This document shows positions 39,929 to 52,629 of a stretch of DNA of 64,000 nt, in pieces. Location of the stretch: positions 21,888,001 through 21,952,000 of the forward strand of contig NC_086109.1 of the NCBI RefSeq assembly GCF_963921235.1, given 5' to 3'. Position 1 is the stretch's first letter. The number at the start of each line of letters is the position of its first letter. The notes under the pieces were generated by a model that made no database searches, was not told where the DNA came from, and saw only the letters and a program-made list of their open reading frames with translations. A program made the position numbers and the translations under genes. This stretch comes from Mobula hypostoma (taxonomy: Eukaryota).

Positions 39929-41420
39929 TAACAACGTCTCATGGGATGTCTCATCAGTCTTTTTGGAGTGTAATAAAATCAGAAAATTCTAGTGACACTC
40001 AGCAAACCAGGCAGCAACAGAGAGACAAAAACAGATTTAATGTTTCAGGTCAGTCATCGTCCATGGGAAAATAATTAACCTGAAATATTAATTATTTTTC
40101 TGCAATCTATTTGCTTTAGTATCCCTCACGAGCATTCAGCTCGTCACTTTCTCCTGTATCACTAGCACCTCATATTTCCTGAGACCTTCCGCTGTCATTT
40201 ATGTAATACTAATAACTTACTTATAGAACACTTTTAAAAGCAGACAATGTAGTTCAATCCTTTACCATGGGATAAAATGCAAACATGAAATAAAATAAAC
40301 AATAAAAATAAACATGAAAATAGAAGGCAAAAAGATATCTGTTAAAAGCAAGGTTAAATAGTTTTTGAAGTGGGACAACTGAGTCTGCGTTCCTTATAGT
40401 TTTAGGTATTGAATTTCACAGTTTAGGAGCATAGTTTAAAAAAAGCCGACCTGCCTAACATCAACTGTTTATTCCTTTCCATAGATGTTGCCACACCTGC
40501 TGAGGTCCTCCAGCATTTTGTGTATTGGCACCAAATTTGGGGATCATGTTGTTGACCGTTTGTCAACAGAACTAGGTTAGGAAATCCACTACGCGACTCA
40601 TAATTGATTATTTTCTTTGCACATACTACAACGTAATCCTGTTGAACCCGGGCCATCAAATTAGAACATGAATTCTACCGTTCCCTCTGTACCCATGCTC
40701 ACTCAGACAACTTGCCCAACTTATATATTGGAATAGGTGATCTCTGCTGGCTAGATGAACAACCCTTTCTTCACCCAGCCCCTGGCATGGGGGTTCTTCC
40801 TTGCGATGGTGGGTCTCCTGAGAGAGCTATCACTGATATCGTGCTCAAAGTGTCCACTTTTATACTCGTTCCTTACCAATTTAAATATTGCATTCCAGTG
40901 TCATTGGCTATAGCTCATCTGATCAGTGTTTAACACCTTTTTATTGGCTCTGTTCCAGGCCAGCATCCACTTATTGCCCTCTTCCCAGCAAGTGACAATT
41001 AGTAATTTATGGCTGTTTGTTCTCTTCAGTAACCAGCTTGCATTACTCCTGGCAGGCACCAACCCCAACACTCACAAAACTGCATGTTATATCATATCAA
41101 AGAACACCCCACAAATAACTTCTCTGGAAATTATCCTGTAGTTCAGCAGATTACCTGAAGCCTCATTGTGTCTACTTTAAAATACAGAAAGCAAAGCAAC
41201 TTCATCTCACAAAATGGGGGACATAAAACAGTTCCACAAAATGGCAGCCCCCATCCCCAAGCACATGGCAGGAACAAAGACAATTGATCTGTCAGCTTCC
41301 ACTGTATTGACCCTTCTGAGTTTGACATTTTCTTTCATGTTTTAAATCCACCATGGCCAACACTGTTGATCTTTGAGCTATTGATTACATAAATCCAAAT
41401 TGTTTCAAACCATATAAATA

Positions 41421-41580
41421 CAGACATCCCACCCTGCAAAAACTCATTTCAGGGAGGTAGCATCCCCGCCCCCCACAACCCCATATTCCTCCCCTCCGTC
41501 GACCTCCAAGGGCGCATGTATACTGGACATTTGATTATGAAAGAACACAACAGTTTATTTGACACATATTGAAACTATTT

Positions 41581-41611
<31 letters not shown>

Positions 41612-42557
41612 ATATATATATTCTTTGTTGAGTATTTTGTTGGCAGTCTCAATGCTAATGCAAATAGCTTTTCTATTTCTTTTGCAAACTTTCCTTGTAC
41701 TGTGATGTGGCTCTGCTGAAAAGAACTGTGAAATATTTGAGCAGCCTTCCCTGCGATTAGCCTCCCTAATATGTTGTGGTCCCTAAAAGAAATAAAAGCA
41801 TAAGGTGTATCCTTATTATATTGTCTTACGTAATACTTTGTTTAGTGATTTTGTCTAATCTGTAAACCAATCTGTAAACTGGGTATATGCAGAAAATGTG
41901 ATATTAAAATACAGTATGTACTTATATATTGTCATGGAGTCATTTTTTAATTCTATTACAACTTTAAGCACGTCTACAGGGAGTTTGGCCTCATCACGTA
42001 GTACATCAATAGAGTATCTCCTCAGCAGCTAGCCAGCTAGTTTAAATAACGTTAGCTATGCTAATGAATGAATGACACCTGTTAAACTCAGCTCAACATG
42101 TCTTTTACAGTCCTAACTCGTCATGGGCAATAGAAAAGTCACTGTTGCAAACAGTGCAGCGGGCAACACTGTCATTATTTTTGACCCCTATTAGGCAGGA
42201 GTACACTTTAGTGCAGCTTGAGGTGAAGTGCGTTTTATATTTTCTTTTCTTGAAACACTTTGCCACGGCAGTGCAGGACACGAAACTAAACTGATGGAGA
42301 GACAGAGGTCGACTGTAAAGCCCGCCCACAGAGAAAACTGATAGGTCTACTTAGCACAAAGAGACCAATCAGGATGCTCGCTCTTGCTCCCGCTCCCACT
42401 CCCGATCTCGCTCCCGTTCTCGCTCCTGCTCCCGCTCCCGCTCTCCCTCTCCCTCTCCCTCTCATTTCCAGGATATTGCATATAATTTGCGGTCATCAGG
42501 GAGCTGCTATTAATATGCGGGAGACTCCTGGAACTTCCGGGAGAGGTGGGATGTCTG
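41421..42557 (-). mobile_element. Non-autonomous DNA transposon, probably hAT-related, with transposase N-terminal remnant
   Basis: 13-bp TIR CAGACATCCCACC / GGTGGGATGTCTG. Minus peptide KRKYKTHF..ARCTVCNSDFSIAH (BED-like zinc finger start). Confidence 0.7.
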
Positions 42558-42659
42558 TAATTAATCAGAATCTGAACCAGCGTTCTAAGTCGGAGACTGG
42601 TAAGAGCTGGAAAGGAGAACAGCCAATTATTGATCTCTATGCCTGAATTCAGTTGCAGG

Positions 42660-43200
42660 TAGTGAGTAATTGACTATTAGATCTCACAGGGAATGAATTA
42701 CTAACTAGCAGAGGAGAAGCAAATGTCCAACAGGGAATAAAGATCTGACTAGCAACCACGGTGGCTGATCAGTAGATAACATTTAGCTGGCCAGAAAAGA
42801 CTAGCTGACCATAGTCATAGAGTAACAGGCCCTTTGAGCCAAGTTGTCTATCCACGCTAGCCCTATTCACCCATGTTTGGCTTATCCTCCTCTTAATCTT
42901 TACCTGTCCAAGCAATTTTTAAGTAGGAAATTAGTAATGAACAAGTGGCAAATAAATAACTGACCATGAGAGGTTGCAGCTGACCAGTGACGATTGAATA
43001 ACAGACCAACAAAGGCTGTAATTGGCCACCAGGAATTGCATAACTGACCAATAGGATTGGGTAAATGACAGGTCATGAGTGAGTAATGAGTCAACAGTGT
43101 ATATAATTGACTAGCCGGGAGTTGTGGATTGTCCAACAAACACCGTAACTGATGACCAGAGAGTGAATATCTGCCTTGGTGAATGACATGTGACCAGTAC
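42660..43200. repeat. Highly degenerate ~21-bp tandem array, core TAACTGACCA, interrupted by a CR1 tail (~42812-42920)
   Basis: Core variants start at 42957, 42977, 42999, 43019, 43041, 43062, 43084 and 43104, and at 42742, 42762, 42784 and 42802. Confidence 0.7.
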
Positions 43201-43829
43201 AGATTGAATCCACGTTGAGCACAGACTGAAGTCCTCAATTCCTGAGTACCTTAGTCGTGTTCCTGAACAGACCAGTCCCTGACCCAGAACAGACCTGCTG
43301 GGATTGATGACCAAGAAGGAGATTAAACAGGGGGCCTCTTTAACTATAAACAGAGGTGTTACCTTCCCCCAGTGGAAACATGAGGTCAGGAGTTCAATAA
43401 AAGACTGTACAGACACCACCGAATTTGCCCTCCCACTGTGCAGGACTCACTGGGGGTTCCACTAATGGTGTTCAGGAATGGCTTTGAACCACAGGCAGAT
43501 CTTGAGATGGCAACTTTCCCAGAATTCAGCAGCTGACCAGATCTGTGCCAAAAGGGATCATCTGGCTGCAGGATATCAGCATGAGTTACTTACTGAGTCA
43601 CAACCACGGTGCTGCAGGCTCTCTGTGAACACAAGAACCGAGGCCTGCCAGGGGAGTATTCCAACAGAGGAGCTTTTCAGATGAAATGTTAAACCAAGGT
43701 TTACCAGCTTCCTTTTCACTGAACACACAGGCTTTTCTGGCAGCTTGCAAGACACCGGGGGGGGGGGGGCGGTTCAGTCAGCATGGCGAAGTCTCACGTA
43801 CAGCTGTATTGCAGCGAAGGAAATAGGAC

Positions 43830-45300
43830 ACAGAAGAGTTCAGTGCAGGAAGAGACCCTTTAGCACATGATGTGTTGAATTAATTAAACTAATTACAGCA
43901 ATCCCATCTGCCTGCACATAGTCCATATACCTCCATTCTCCCTTTAAAGAGCCTCTTTAACCCCTCCATCATCTATTGCATTTGTTCCCCCACCACCTCT
44001 GGCAGCACATCCCAAGCACTGACCAGTCTGTGTAAAAAACTTGTCCCACACACCTCCTTTCAATATTCCCCATCTCACCTAAACTGCATTCCCTCTGGTA
44101 CTGGACATTTTGACCCTGAGAAAATGATTCTGGCTATCTACTACGACCCATATCTTATAAATATCCAGTTCTCCTGTCAGCCTCCACCTCTCCAGAGAAA
44201 ACAATCCTAGTTTGTCCAACCTCTCCTCAGAGCACATAGAGCCATAGTTATAGAACACTACAGCACAGAAACATCCCATCCAGTCTTTGGCAAACCATTG
44301 ATCTGCCTAGTCCCATTGATCTGCACCTGGACCATACCCCTCCCATCCACGTACCTATCCTATCTTTCCTTAAATGTTGAAGTCGAACTCATATCAACCA
44401 CTTGTGTTGGCAGCTCATTCCACACTCTCACCACTCTCTGAGTAAAGAAGTTTCCCCTCATGTTCCCCTTAAACATTTCATCTTTCTCACTTAACCCATG
44501 TCCTCTAGTTCTAGTCTCACCCAACCTCAGTGGAAAAAACCTGCCTGCATATATCCATCTATACCCCACATAATTTTGTATATCGCTATCAAATCTCCCC
44601 TTGGTCTTTTACATTCTAGGAAATAAAGTACTAACATGTACAAACTTACCCTCTAACTCAGGTCCTCAAGTCCCAGCAACATCCTTGTAAATTTTCTCTG
44701 CAATGTTTCAGAGGTGACCAAAACAGCACACAATACTCCAAATTAAGCCTCACTAACATCTTATACAATTGCAACATAACATCCCAACTCCTGTGCTCAA
44801 AATCTTATCAGGCCCTGGGGATTTATGCACCATAATTTGCCTCAAAACAGCAAACACATTTTCCTCTGTAATCGGTATATGGTCCCTGACTTCTCTGCTG
44901 CTTTGTCTCACTTCAATGGACTGTGTGGCCGTCTCCCCAGTAAATACAGTTGCAAAAAAAGTCATTTAAGATCTCTCTCATCCCTTTCGGCTCCACGCAT
45001 AGATTACCAGTCTGATCTTCCAGAGGACTAATTTTGTCCCTTGCTATCCTTTTGCTCCTAATATATCTGTAGAAGCCCTTAGGATTCTCCTTCAGTGTGT
45101 CTGCTAGAGAAATCTCATGTCTCCTTTTACCCCTCGTGATGGGATTATGATCACTAGATGCACAGTGTTCCCCTACTCAAACTTCTGTCACCTGCCCTGT
45201 TTCATGCCATAATAAGAGACCTAGTATTGCACTATCTCTAGCTGGGATATTCCTGAACAAATTTGACAAACTCTCTCCCATCCAACCCTTTTACACATTT
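43830..45300 (-). mobile_element. Stacked CR1 LINE fragments
   Basis: Minus peptides ERLDKLGLFSLE, RTRGH..FFTQRVVRVWNELP and KSPGPD. Confidence 0.85.
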
Positions 45301-45744
45301 AAGTCTCCAAAAGAACAAACCAGAATGACCTCTGATACATAAAGATAAAAGTTTTAGTGTTATTATCATTTGGGAAATATTAAGCATATTGAACTTATTA
45401 GATAGCAGCTTGGAATTCTTAAAGAATACAAACAAATGTAAAAGTAGTTAACCTTGAAACCCATACTGAAATCAAACAGTTAGGACACTGGGATTTAACA
45501 AGAACATTTTCAAATAAGGATAAACTTTACAGGCATTTAGGGATAAGCACAGATTGCATGTAATAACTTTTTGAGGTGGAACCAATTCCCTTGTTATCTC
45601 TTCCAACAGGGAAATAATCAAATTCTGTAATGCACATTGATAATACTACCAAATAGTGATTATCTTTTAAGTTCCAATAAATGTCAACTCATCCCTGCTC
45701 TGCAGTGCTGCCATAAATCCCACTTTTGATCACTTTTGAAAGAG

Positions 45745-46055
45745 ATTAAAGACTAGCTTTATGTGTCACATGTAAATCAAAACATGCACTGAAGTGCATC
45801 ATTTACATCAACGCAGTCTGAGAAAGTGCTGGAGGCAGTCCGCAAGTGTTGCTATGCTTCCAGCATTAACTTAGCGCGTCCTCAACTTACTAACACTAAC
45901 TCGTGTGTCTTTGGGATGTAGGAGGAAACCAAAGCACCCGGCAAGAGCGTACCCGCTCACTGACAGAACATGCAGACCCCTTCCAGACGATGACAGGAAC
46001 TGGACCCTGATGGCAAGAGCTGCAAATTGCTGCACTAACCGCTGCACCACTGCAC
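45745..46055 (-). mobile_element. V-type SINE
   Basis: Same core and tail as 4478-4735. Confidence 0.6.
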
Positions 46056-46131
46056 TGCCCGTGAACTGAAGTCTTCAGTTCATCTTGTACAATGCACCCA
46101 GCCTTGATGAATGACAAGTTCTGTAACTCAC

Positions 46132-46282
46132 CGAGCTTCCGGCCTATCACTCGGTAACCAGTTGCGGAGGCAGAGCAAGTTGTGCCTGAGAAACGGATTT
46201 TCAAACAATTATCAACATCCTTGAAGGAAGAGCTTGAACCCTTTCTGTCGCCTCCTCCAGCGGCTTCAAGAAACAGCAGCAA
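46132..46282 (-). other. Exon-like segment, possibly a first exon
   Basis: Unique, mildly CpG-retaining sequence ending in TCG|GTGAGT on minus. Weak acceptor ACTGTCAG|. Confidence 0.28.
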
Positions 46283-47559
46283 CTGACAGTGTGGTGAGAT
46301 GCTAGTCCAGACTTGAACCCATCTAACCGGCAGAAGGTGATCAACACTCTAATGGATTGAGATATGGCATTCTTCAGTCATTTTCCATTTAATATTCAAA
46401 TTCTTAATTTTTACATGTGCCCCGTGGCGTATCAGGTGATATTTTTTGTCATTTCCTCAGCACTTGTCGGTTATTTTTACAAGGACAAGTTGCTAGCTCT
46501 ATGCTCAATCGAGCACGGATGGAAAGCATACAAGGAGCAGATGCCACGACATCACTGTTTAATTTTTAATTTTAGATTTCTAGCACCTGCAGATACTTTT
46601 TTGGGATTTTCATTTACCTAATAACTGTGGGTTCTCACTGTGAACAACTTGGTTGCAGTAATTTTGGAAGGAACACAAGATTTATTGTCCATATCTAATT
46701 GTCCTGATGGTATTACTTATGAGGCTGCAGGGTGGTTCTATTGATGTTGCAGGAGAACTGATCAAAAAGAGGATGCAAGCTTCACTCGGAATAATAAACA
46801 AGCATCTTCTTGGTGCTCCAGTTTCCTCCCACATTCTAAAGGGTTAATAGGTTAATTGGTTATGGGGGTATAATTAGGCAGTGTGGACTCTTTGGTCCGG
46901 AAAAGCCTGTTACCGCCTTGTATCGTGAAATAAATAAATGCATTCAGTAGTTACAACAATCAAATATGTTTCCAGAGCATTTTATGCTTAGTTTAGAAAC
47001 TAACAATGTTATAAAATTCACCTTTACAAGTTGCTGCATTCAGTTTAAAACCAGCTCCAATGAGCCACTAGGACAGCAGATCAATTCCTAGACCACACCA
47101 CGAGATTCAAACAGTTACTTCCCTTCAACCATTCAGTTCTTGAAGTAGCCAGCATAACCCTAATCACCACTACAATCTAGCAACACTCTGACCATTATGG
47201 TTGCTTTGTTACTAAAAGGGACTTTCTTGTGTTGTAATTATGTTATTTTTCTTGTAAAAATTGTATATAATTTATTTTAATTGGTGTTTTTCTTGTGAAT
47301 GCTGCTTATATGATGTTATGTGCGTGGATGCTGTCGCCAGTACATTTTTCAACATACGCGTACTTCTCTGAATGACAATAAACTTGACTTTGGTTTTGAG
47401 ACTGCCGGAGCTGAAATCTGGAAGAACTCAGCAAGTTTGTTGTTTTGTACGGCAGGTATTTTTCTCTTCAAACTTCTAATTGTTTTTTTTGTCAAGTTAC
47501 TCCTCCAGTTCGTGGCTGCATCGATGGACCGTGGTAAATTGAAAAGTTGGCTTGATTCC

Positions 47560-47868
47560 AGATTTGGGAACAGCTGCTCCAGATTTGGGAACAGCTTCTT
47601 TCCAACTGTGATAAGAATGCTGAACTGATCCTGACCCGGATCTGGGTCGTACCCGCCAAATATCCGGACCTGCCTCTCGTTTTTTTTGCACTACCTTACT
47701 TTCCATTTTTATATTTTCTATTTATGATTTATAATTTAAATTTTTAATATTTACTATCGATTTGTAATCCAGGGAGCGGGAAGCGCAGAATCAAATACCG
47801 CTCTGATGATTGTATGTTCTAGTATCAAATGTTTGGTGACAATAAAGTATAAAGTATAAAGTAAAGTA
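47560..47868 (+). mobile_element. LINE 3' end (Rex1/L2-like)
   Basis: Peptide RFGNSFFPTVIRMLN*, then AATAAAG(TATAAAG)n tail. Confidence 0.7.
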
Positions 47869-48346
47869 TGATTCATGATGAAGTGAGGCCTGGTCAGGGC
47901 AGACGTGAGTCTGCTCGTTTTGGGAGCCGGGTTGGATCAATAGTCATCTGGCATCTCGTCCATCGCCGTTCCAAATGGGTGACCCTGAGCTGGCGTCGCC
48001 TGATGGAGTCCTTGAAGCACACAAGCCTCGACTCAGCTTCTGTGGATGGTCAAAACCCTGCACCAGGACATATTTGCAAGTATCACACTACTTGCTAGAG
48101 GAATGACTTTTTTCATAATTCCAGCATCTGCAGTTCCTTCGTTTGTTTTTCAATATTTGGGAAGGCCTTGTTCCATGAAAATTGTCTTCTATGCTACCCT
48201 TGTGACAAGAAAAAAAACAGAACTTCAGAAGAACTATAAATTATCTGTGATGTCCTGTGGTTTTAAAAGAAATGTCAATGCAAATCTTTCTTAATGATTC
48301 TACTTCCATGGAGTTCATGTTAACTGCTTGCTGTCCTGGGAATTCT

Positions 48347-48829
48347 GGATTCTGCCCAGTACATCATGGGTTAGGTCCTCCTGACCAGTGAGCACATCTA
48401 TATGAAACACTGTCATAGGAAAGCATCATCCATGATCAAAGATTCTCACCACGCAGGCCATGCTCTTTTCTCGGGTTGAAGGTACAAGAGCCTCACTCAC
48501 ACCACCAGGTTCAAGAAGAGTTATTACTCCTCAACCATCAGGCTCTTGAACAAAAGAGGACAACTACACACACTAATTGAGATGTTCTCACAACAAATGA
48601 TCTCACTTTAAGGACTCTTTATCTTGTTATTTCAGACTCTCGTTATTCATTGCTATTTACTTATAATTGCATTTCAACAGTTCATTGCCTTCTATGCTTT
48701 TGCTGTTTCATTGATCCTATTTAGTTACTGTTCTATAGATCTGCTGAGTATGCCCACAGGAAAAAGAATCTCAGGCTTTAATGTGGTGACATGTATGGAC
48801 TCTGATAATAAATTTTACTTTGAACTTGG
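48347..48829 (+). mobile_element. LINE 3' end flanked by ~195-bp diverged direct repeats
   Basis: LINE-type terminal coding remnant and AATAAA..TTTGAACTT tail. Flanks 48152-48346 and 48830-49025 align end to end. Confidence 0.7.
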
Positions 48830-49591
48830 AATATTTGGGAGTGTCTTGTTGCATGAAAATTAGTTTCTATGCTTCCCCTATGATAATAAAAACAGAACTT
48901 CAAAAAAAACAATTAAGTATCTGTGAAATCCTTTGGCTATAAAAGGAATTATATCAATGCAAATCTTTATTAATGATACTATTTTCATGGAGTTTATGTT
49001 CACAGATTGCTGTCCTGGGAATTCTTAGAAACAAATCACCTTCAGCAAGGGGAACTGAAATTATACACCAGGTAAGTAAATTGTTGAACTCCTACCTGGC
49101 TTAGGCAGCTATGCATTTCATTGCAACTCTGACAACAGAGTAAGATCTGTCTCATGTTTCAACTGTACAGTTCTGCTCCTTTGGTACGCAACTGTTTGTT
49201 AAAATCCAGACACTAAATAACAAAGCTAAATAAGGAAGTAAGATTCCAAAGCTAAGATCGGTGACATGGTGCTGAGTTAGAATGTTGTATTTATACCTTA
49301 AGCAATTTGGTTAGATAGGACACCAACTGATCCCCAGAAGGATTATTGGGCGCCGTTCCGTGCACTGGGTACAAAAAGAGCATTAATGTCCATGTGTGTT
49401 TATGTTGCCTCTAACTCTGTAACTCAATGAAACTCAATAAAACCCTTTCCAAACTGTTCCCCACCCCCATCCACAGGATCTCTGCACACAGCCAATTCTG
49501 GTTCCATGCCCAGTCAATTTTAATCACTTCAACATTGGCAGCCTTTCCTTCAGCTGTCAAGGACTTAAGGACTTAAGCTGTGGAATTCTTC

Positions 49592-49595
<4 letters not shown>

Positions 49596-49639
<44 letters not shown>

Positions 49640-50710
49640 TAGCTCTCACTCTCGCTGACTCTCCCCTTCACTCCCTCCCTCTCTCTCGCCCTTCCTTCCT
49701 CTCTCCCTCTCTCTCTCTCTTCCTCCCTCTGCTCTCTCTCACACATGCCTTCTTCCCTCCCATTCTCTCTCTAACTTTCTTTCTCGCTCTCTCTGTCTTC
49801 CTCCCTCTGTCTCTCTCTATCTCTACTCCCTCCCTCTCACTCTCTCTCTCACTCTCTCACTCTCACTCTTGCTCTCTCTCTTCCCCTTCTTCACTCCCTG
49901 CTCTCTCCCTCTCCCTCCCACTCTCTTCCTCCCTCTCTCTCCCATTTTCTCTCTAATTTTCTTCTCCTCTCTCTCATCCTCTTTCTGTTTCACTCTCTCC
50001 CTCTCACCCCTCCTTCCCTCCCTCTCTCCCTCTCTTACTCTCCCCTTCCCTCCCTCTCACACTCCTTCTCTCAACCTCTCTCTCCCATTTTCTCTCTAAC
50101 TTTATTTTCCTCTCTTTTTCTTCCTCCCTCTGTCTCTCTCTCCCTTCCTCCCTCTCCCATTTTCTCTCTAACTTTATTTTATTCTCTTTCTCTTCCTCCC
50201 TCTGCCTCTGTCTCTCTTTCCCTCTCTCTCCCCTTCCCTCCCTCTCTGTCCCTTCCTCTCTCCCCCTCTCTCTCTTTCTCCCTCCCCTCTCTCTCTGTTC
50301 CTCCCTCTCTCTCTTTCTCACACCCTCTCTCTCTCTTCCTCCCTCAGTTTGTCTCTCTTTCTCTCTTCCTCTTCCCTCCCTCCCTCTCTCCCTCTTTCTT
50401 CCTCCCTCTCTCTCCTATTTTCTCTCTAACTTTCTTTCCTCCTCTATCATTCCCTGTCTTCCTTTCTCCGTCTCTCTTCCTCCCTCTCTCTCTATCTCCC
50501 ATTCTCTCTCTCTCTCTCGCTCTCTCACACACATTCACTCTCACTCTTCCTCTCACATACTCACTGGCTCTCACTCTCGCTCTCTCTTGCTCACCTTCTC
50601 ATTTTCTCTCACATTCCTTCTCATTCTCTCCCTCACATTTTCTCTCTCACACACTTCCTTTGTCACTCTCTCCCTCACTCACTCTTATTTTCACTTTCCC
50701 TGGCTCCCCT
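49596..50710. repeat. ~1.1 kb CT-rich polypyrimidine/polypurine low-complexity tract
   Basis: (CT)n start, then degenerate CT sequence with recurring CCCATTTTCTCTCTAACTTT. Confidence 0.95.
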
Positions 50711-51619
50711 TTTCACCAATTAAGCTGAACTTCAAACCCTAAAGTCTTCAACTTTACATCTTTTCACCTAACTCAGCGTGAAATATTGTCACATCATAAT
50801 TCTACAGTATGTTTTGGGATGTTTTATAATGTTAGAGTGCATTCCCGGTAATATAATTAGATTAATATTTCATCAAACAAAGTCAGGAAATTTGACGTAA
50901 AACAGAAGAGTCATACTATTCACCACCTCATCACACACAGTGAATCCCATCCAGCTCCTTCTCTCTCATACGCACAGTGCCCATTTACCTTCCCACTCTC
51001 TCACCCAGTCTGTACCCATTCTCTCACACACTCTGCATTCCATCTATTTCCTCACTTTCTCTCACACACACAGTGTACATATCCATCTCTCCACTATATT
51101 CATCTACCCACCACCCCAGACACACCTCACCCATCCATCCTCCACCCTCTCTCTCACACACACAGTACTCAGTTCATCTCTCCACCCTCTTTTCATTACC
51201 AGAGAACACTTGCACCGAGAGAGGAACCAGATTCTTAATGTGACTGACAGACTAGATGCAAGAATGATCTTACATCCTGTTTAAGGAGCCTCCTGTCACT
51301 CCTATTTCTTACCTTCTGCATTCTATCCATCTCCCTTCCCATCACACACACTATGCCCCACCCACACCGCCACATTTTCCACCACACACACTATAGATTT
51401 ACACCCTCCTTTCACCCATCTATGCCCGTCAAACTTCCCCTACTTTCTTCCACACACAGGTATACTACACCCTATCCAACTTTCCTACCTTTCATACACA
51501 AACCGTGCCTCACCAACTCTCATACGTAAGGAATGCACTTTCTCCCATTCGTTTCTCATAGGTATTTCCAATGACTAGCTTAGATGCCTAAGGATTGGAT
51601 CAAGCGCAGCTTACTATAT

Positions 51620-51786
51620 GCAACACACATAAAAAATGTTGGTGAACGAAGCAGGCCAGGCAGCATCTATAGGAAGAGGTAATGTCGACTGTACCTCTTC
51701 CTATAGATGCTGCCTGGCCTGCTGCGTTCACCAGCATTTTTTATGTGTTGCTTGAATTTCCAGCATCTGCAGATTCCCTCGTGTTT
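51620..51786 (+). mobile_element. Penelope-derived fold-back insertion, 14-bp TSD
   Basis: ~60-bp inverted arms around ATGTCGACTG. Flanks GCAGCTTACTATAT (51606-51619) and GCAGCTTACGATAT (51787-51800). Confidence 0.88.
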
Positions 51787-52629
51787 GCAGCTTACGATAT
51801 ATTGGTTTCTTGCTCCCACGTAGAATTACATAATATTTACAATGCAGTGACAGCCCATTCAGCGAAACAGACTGAGCCAGACGTTTCTACTGGATCTGGG
51901 CATTCTCCCATCCCAAGCTTACTGCATCTTTCAAATACATTCTCATACCAGCTTCCCCTTAAATGCATCTGCTCCCTTCTCTTCAACTGCCCTGTACAGT
52001 CCCAGGTTCCATTCTTGGTTGGAGTGAATCCATTTGCATACTTTAAACACCCCTTATCTTTTACAGTAGTATATGAGTTGTGTATGAAAGAATGGAGAGA
52101 TGGATGGGGTAAATTTCTGCCTGTAGAAATTGCGTGGTTCATTTGCTCTCAGCATTTCCAAACTCCCACTAAGTGTGCTGGTTTTAATTATGGGCAATGA
52201 AAAATTTTGATTTTACATCTCATATTCCAGTGAATTTCTGAATTCTACCATCATTAGACTTTTGACATACTCACGGGAAATCGAATTCTGAATAAGATAG
52301 AGTTTGTCTATCTTAAGAAGGCTTGCCATTAAATTAGTCAATTAGTAACATGATTTATTATTGTCACATGTCCCAAGGTAGAGTGCATGTCACCAATGCA
52401 GATCGTTTCATCACATCAGTACATTGAGATAGTACAAAGGAAAAGCGATAACAGTGCAGTATAAAGTTTTACAGTTACAAAGAAGGAGCAATTTAGCCAG
52501 ATATAATTAATGACATTCTAATTGTTAGTGTTTAAATCTTAATCTATAGACAGACAAAGAAAGCAAAGAAAATCTTACATATTTTCAAAACAGATTAAAG
52601 CACATTCTAAAATTTAGTTCTGTTAAATG

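Noticed and set aside
42660..43200. CRISPR-like repeat-spacer pattern or coding heptad repeat
   Set aside because: The core is only ~10 bp and degenerate, and the 20/22-bp spacing breaks frame. Kept only as a degenerate tandem array.
49869..50574. Arg/Glu-rich and Leu/Ser-rich ORFs
   Set aside because: Translations of the CT/GA low-complexity tract.
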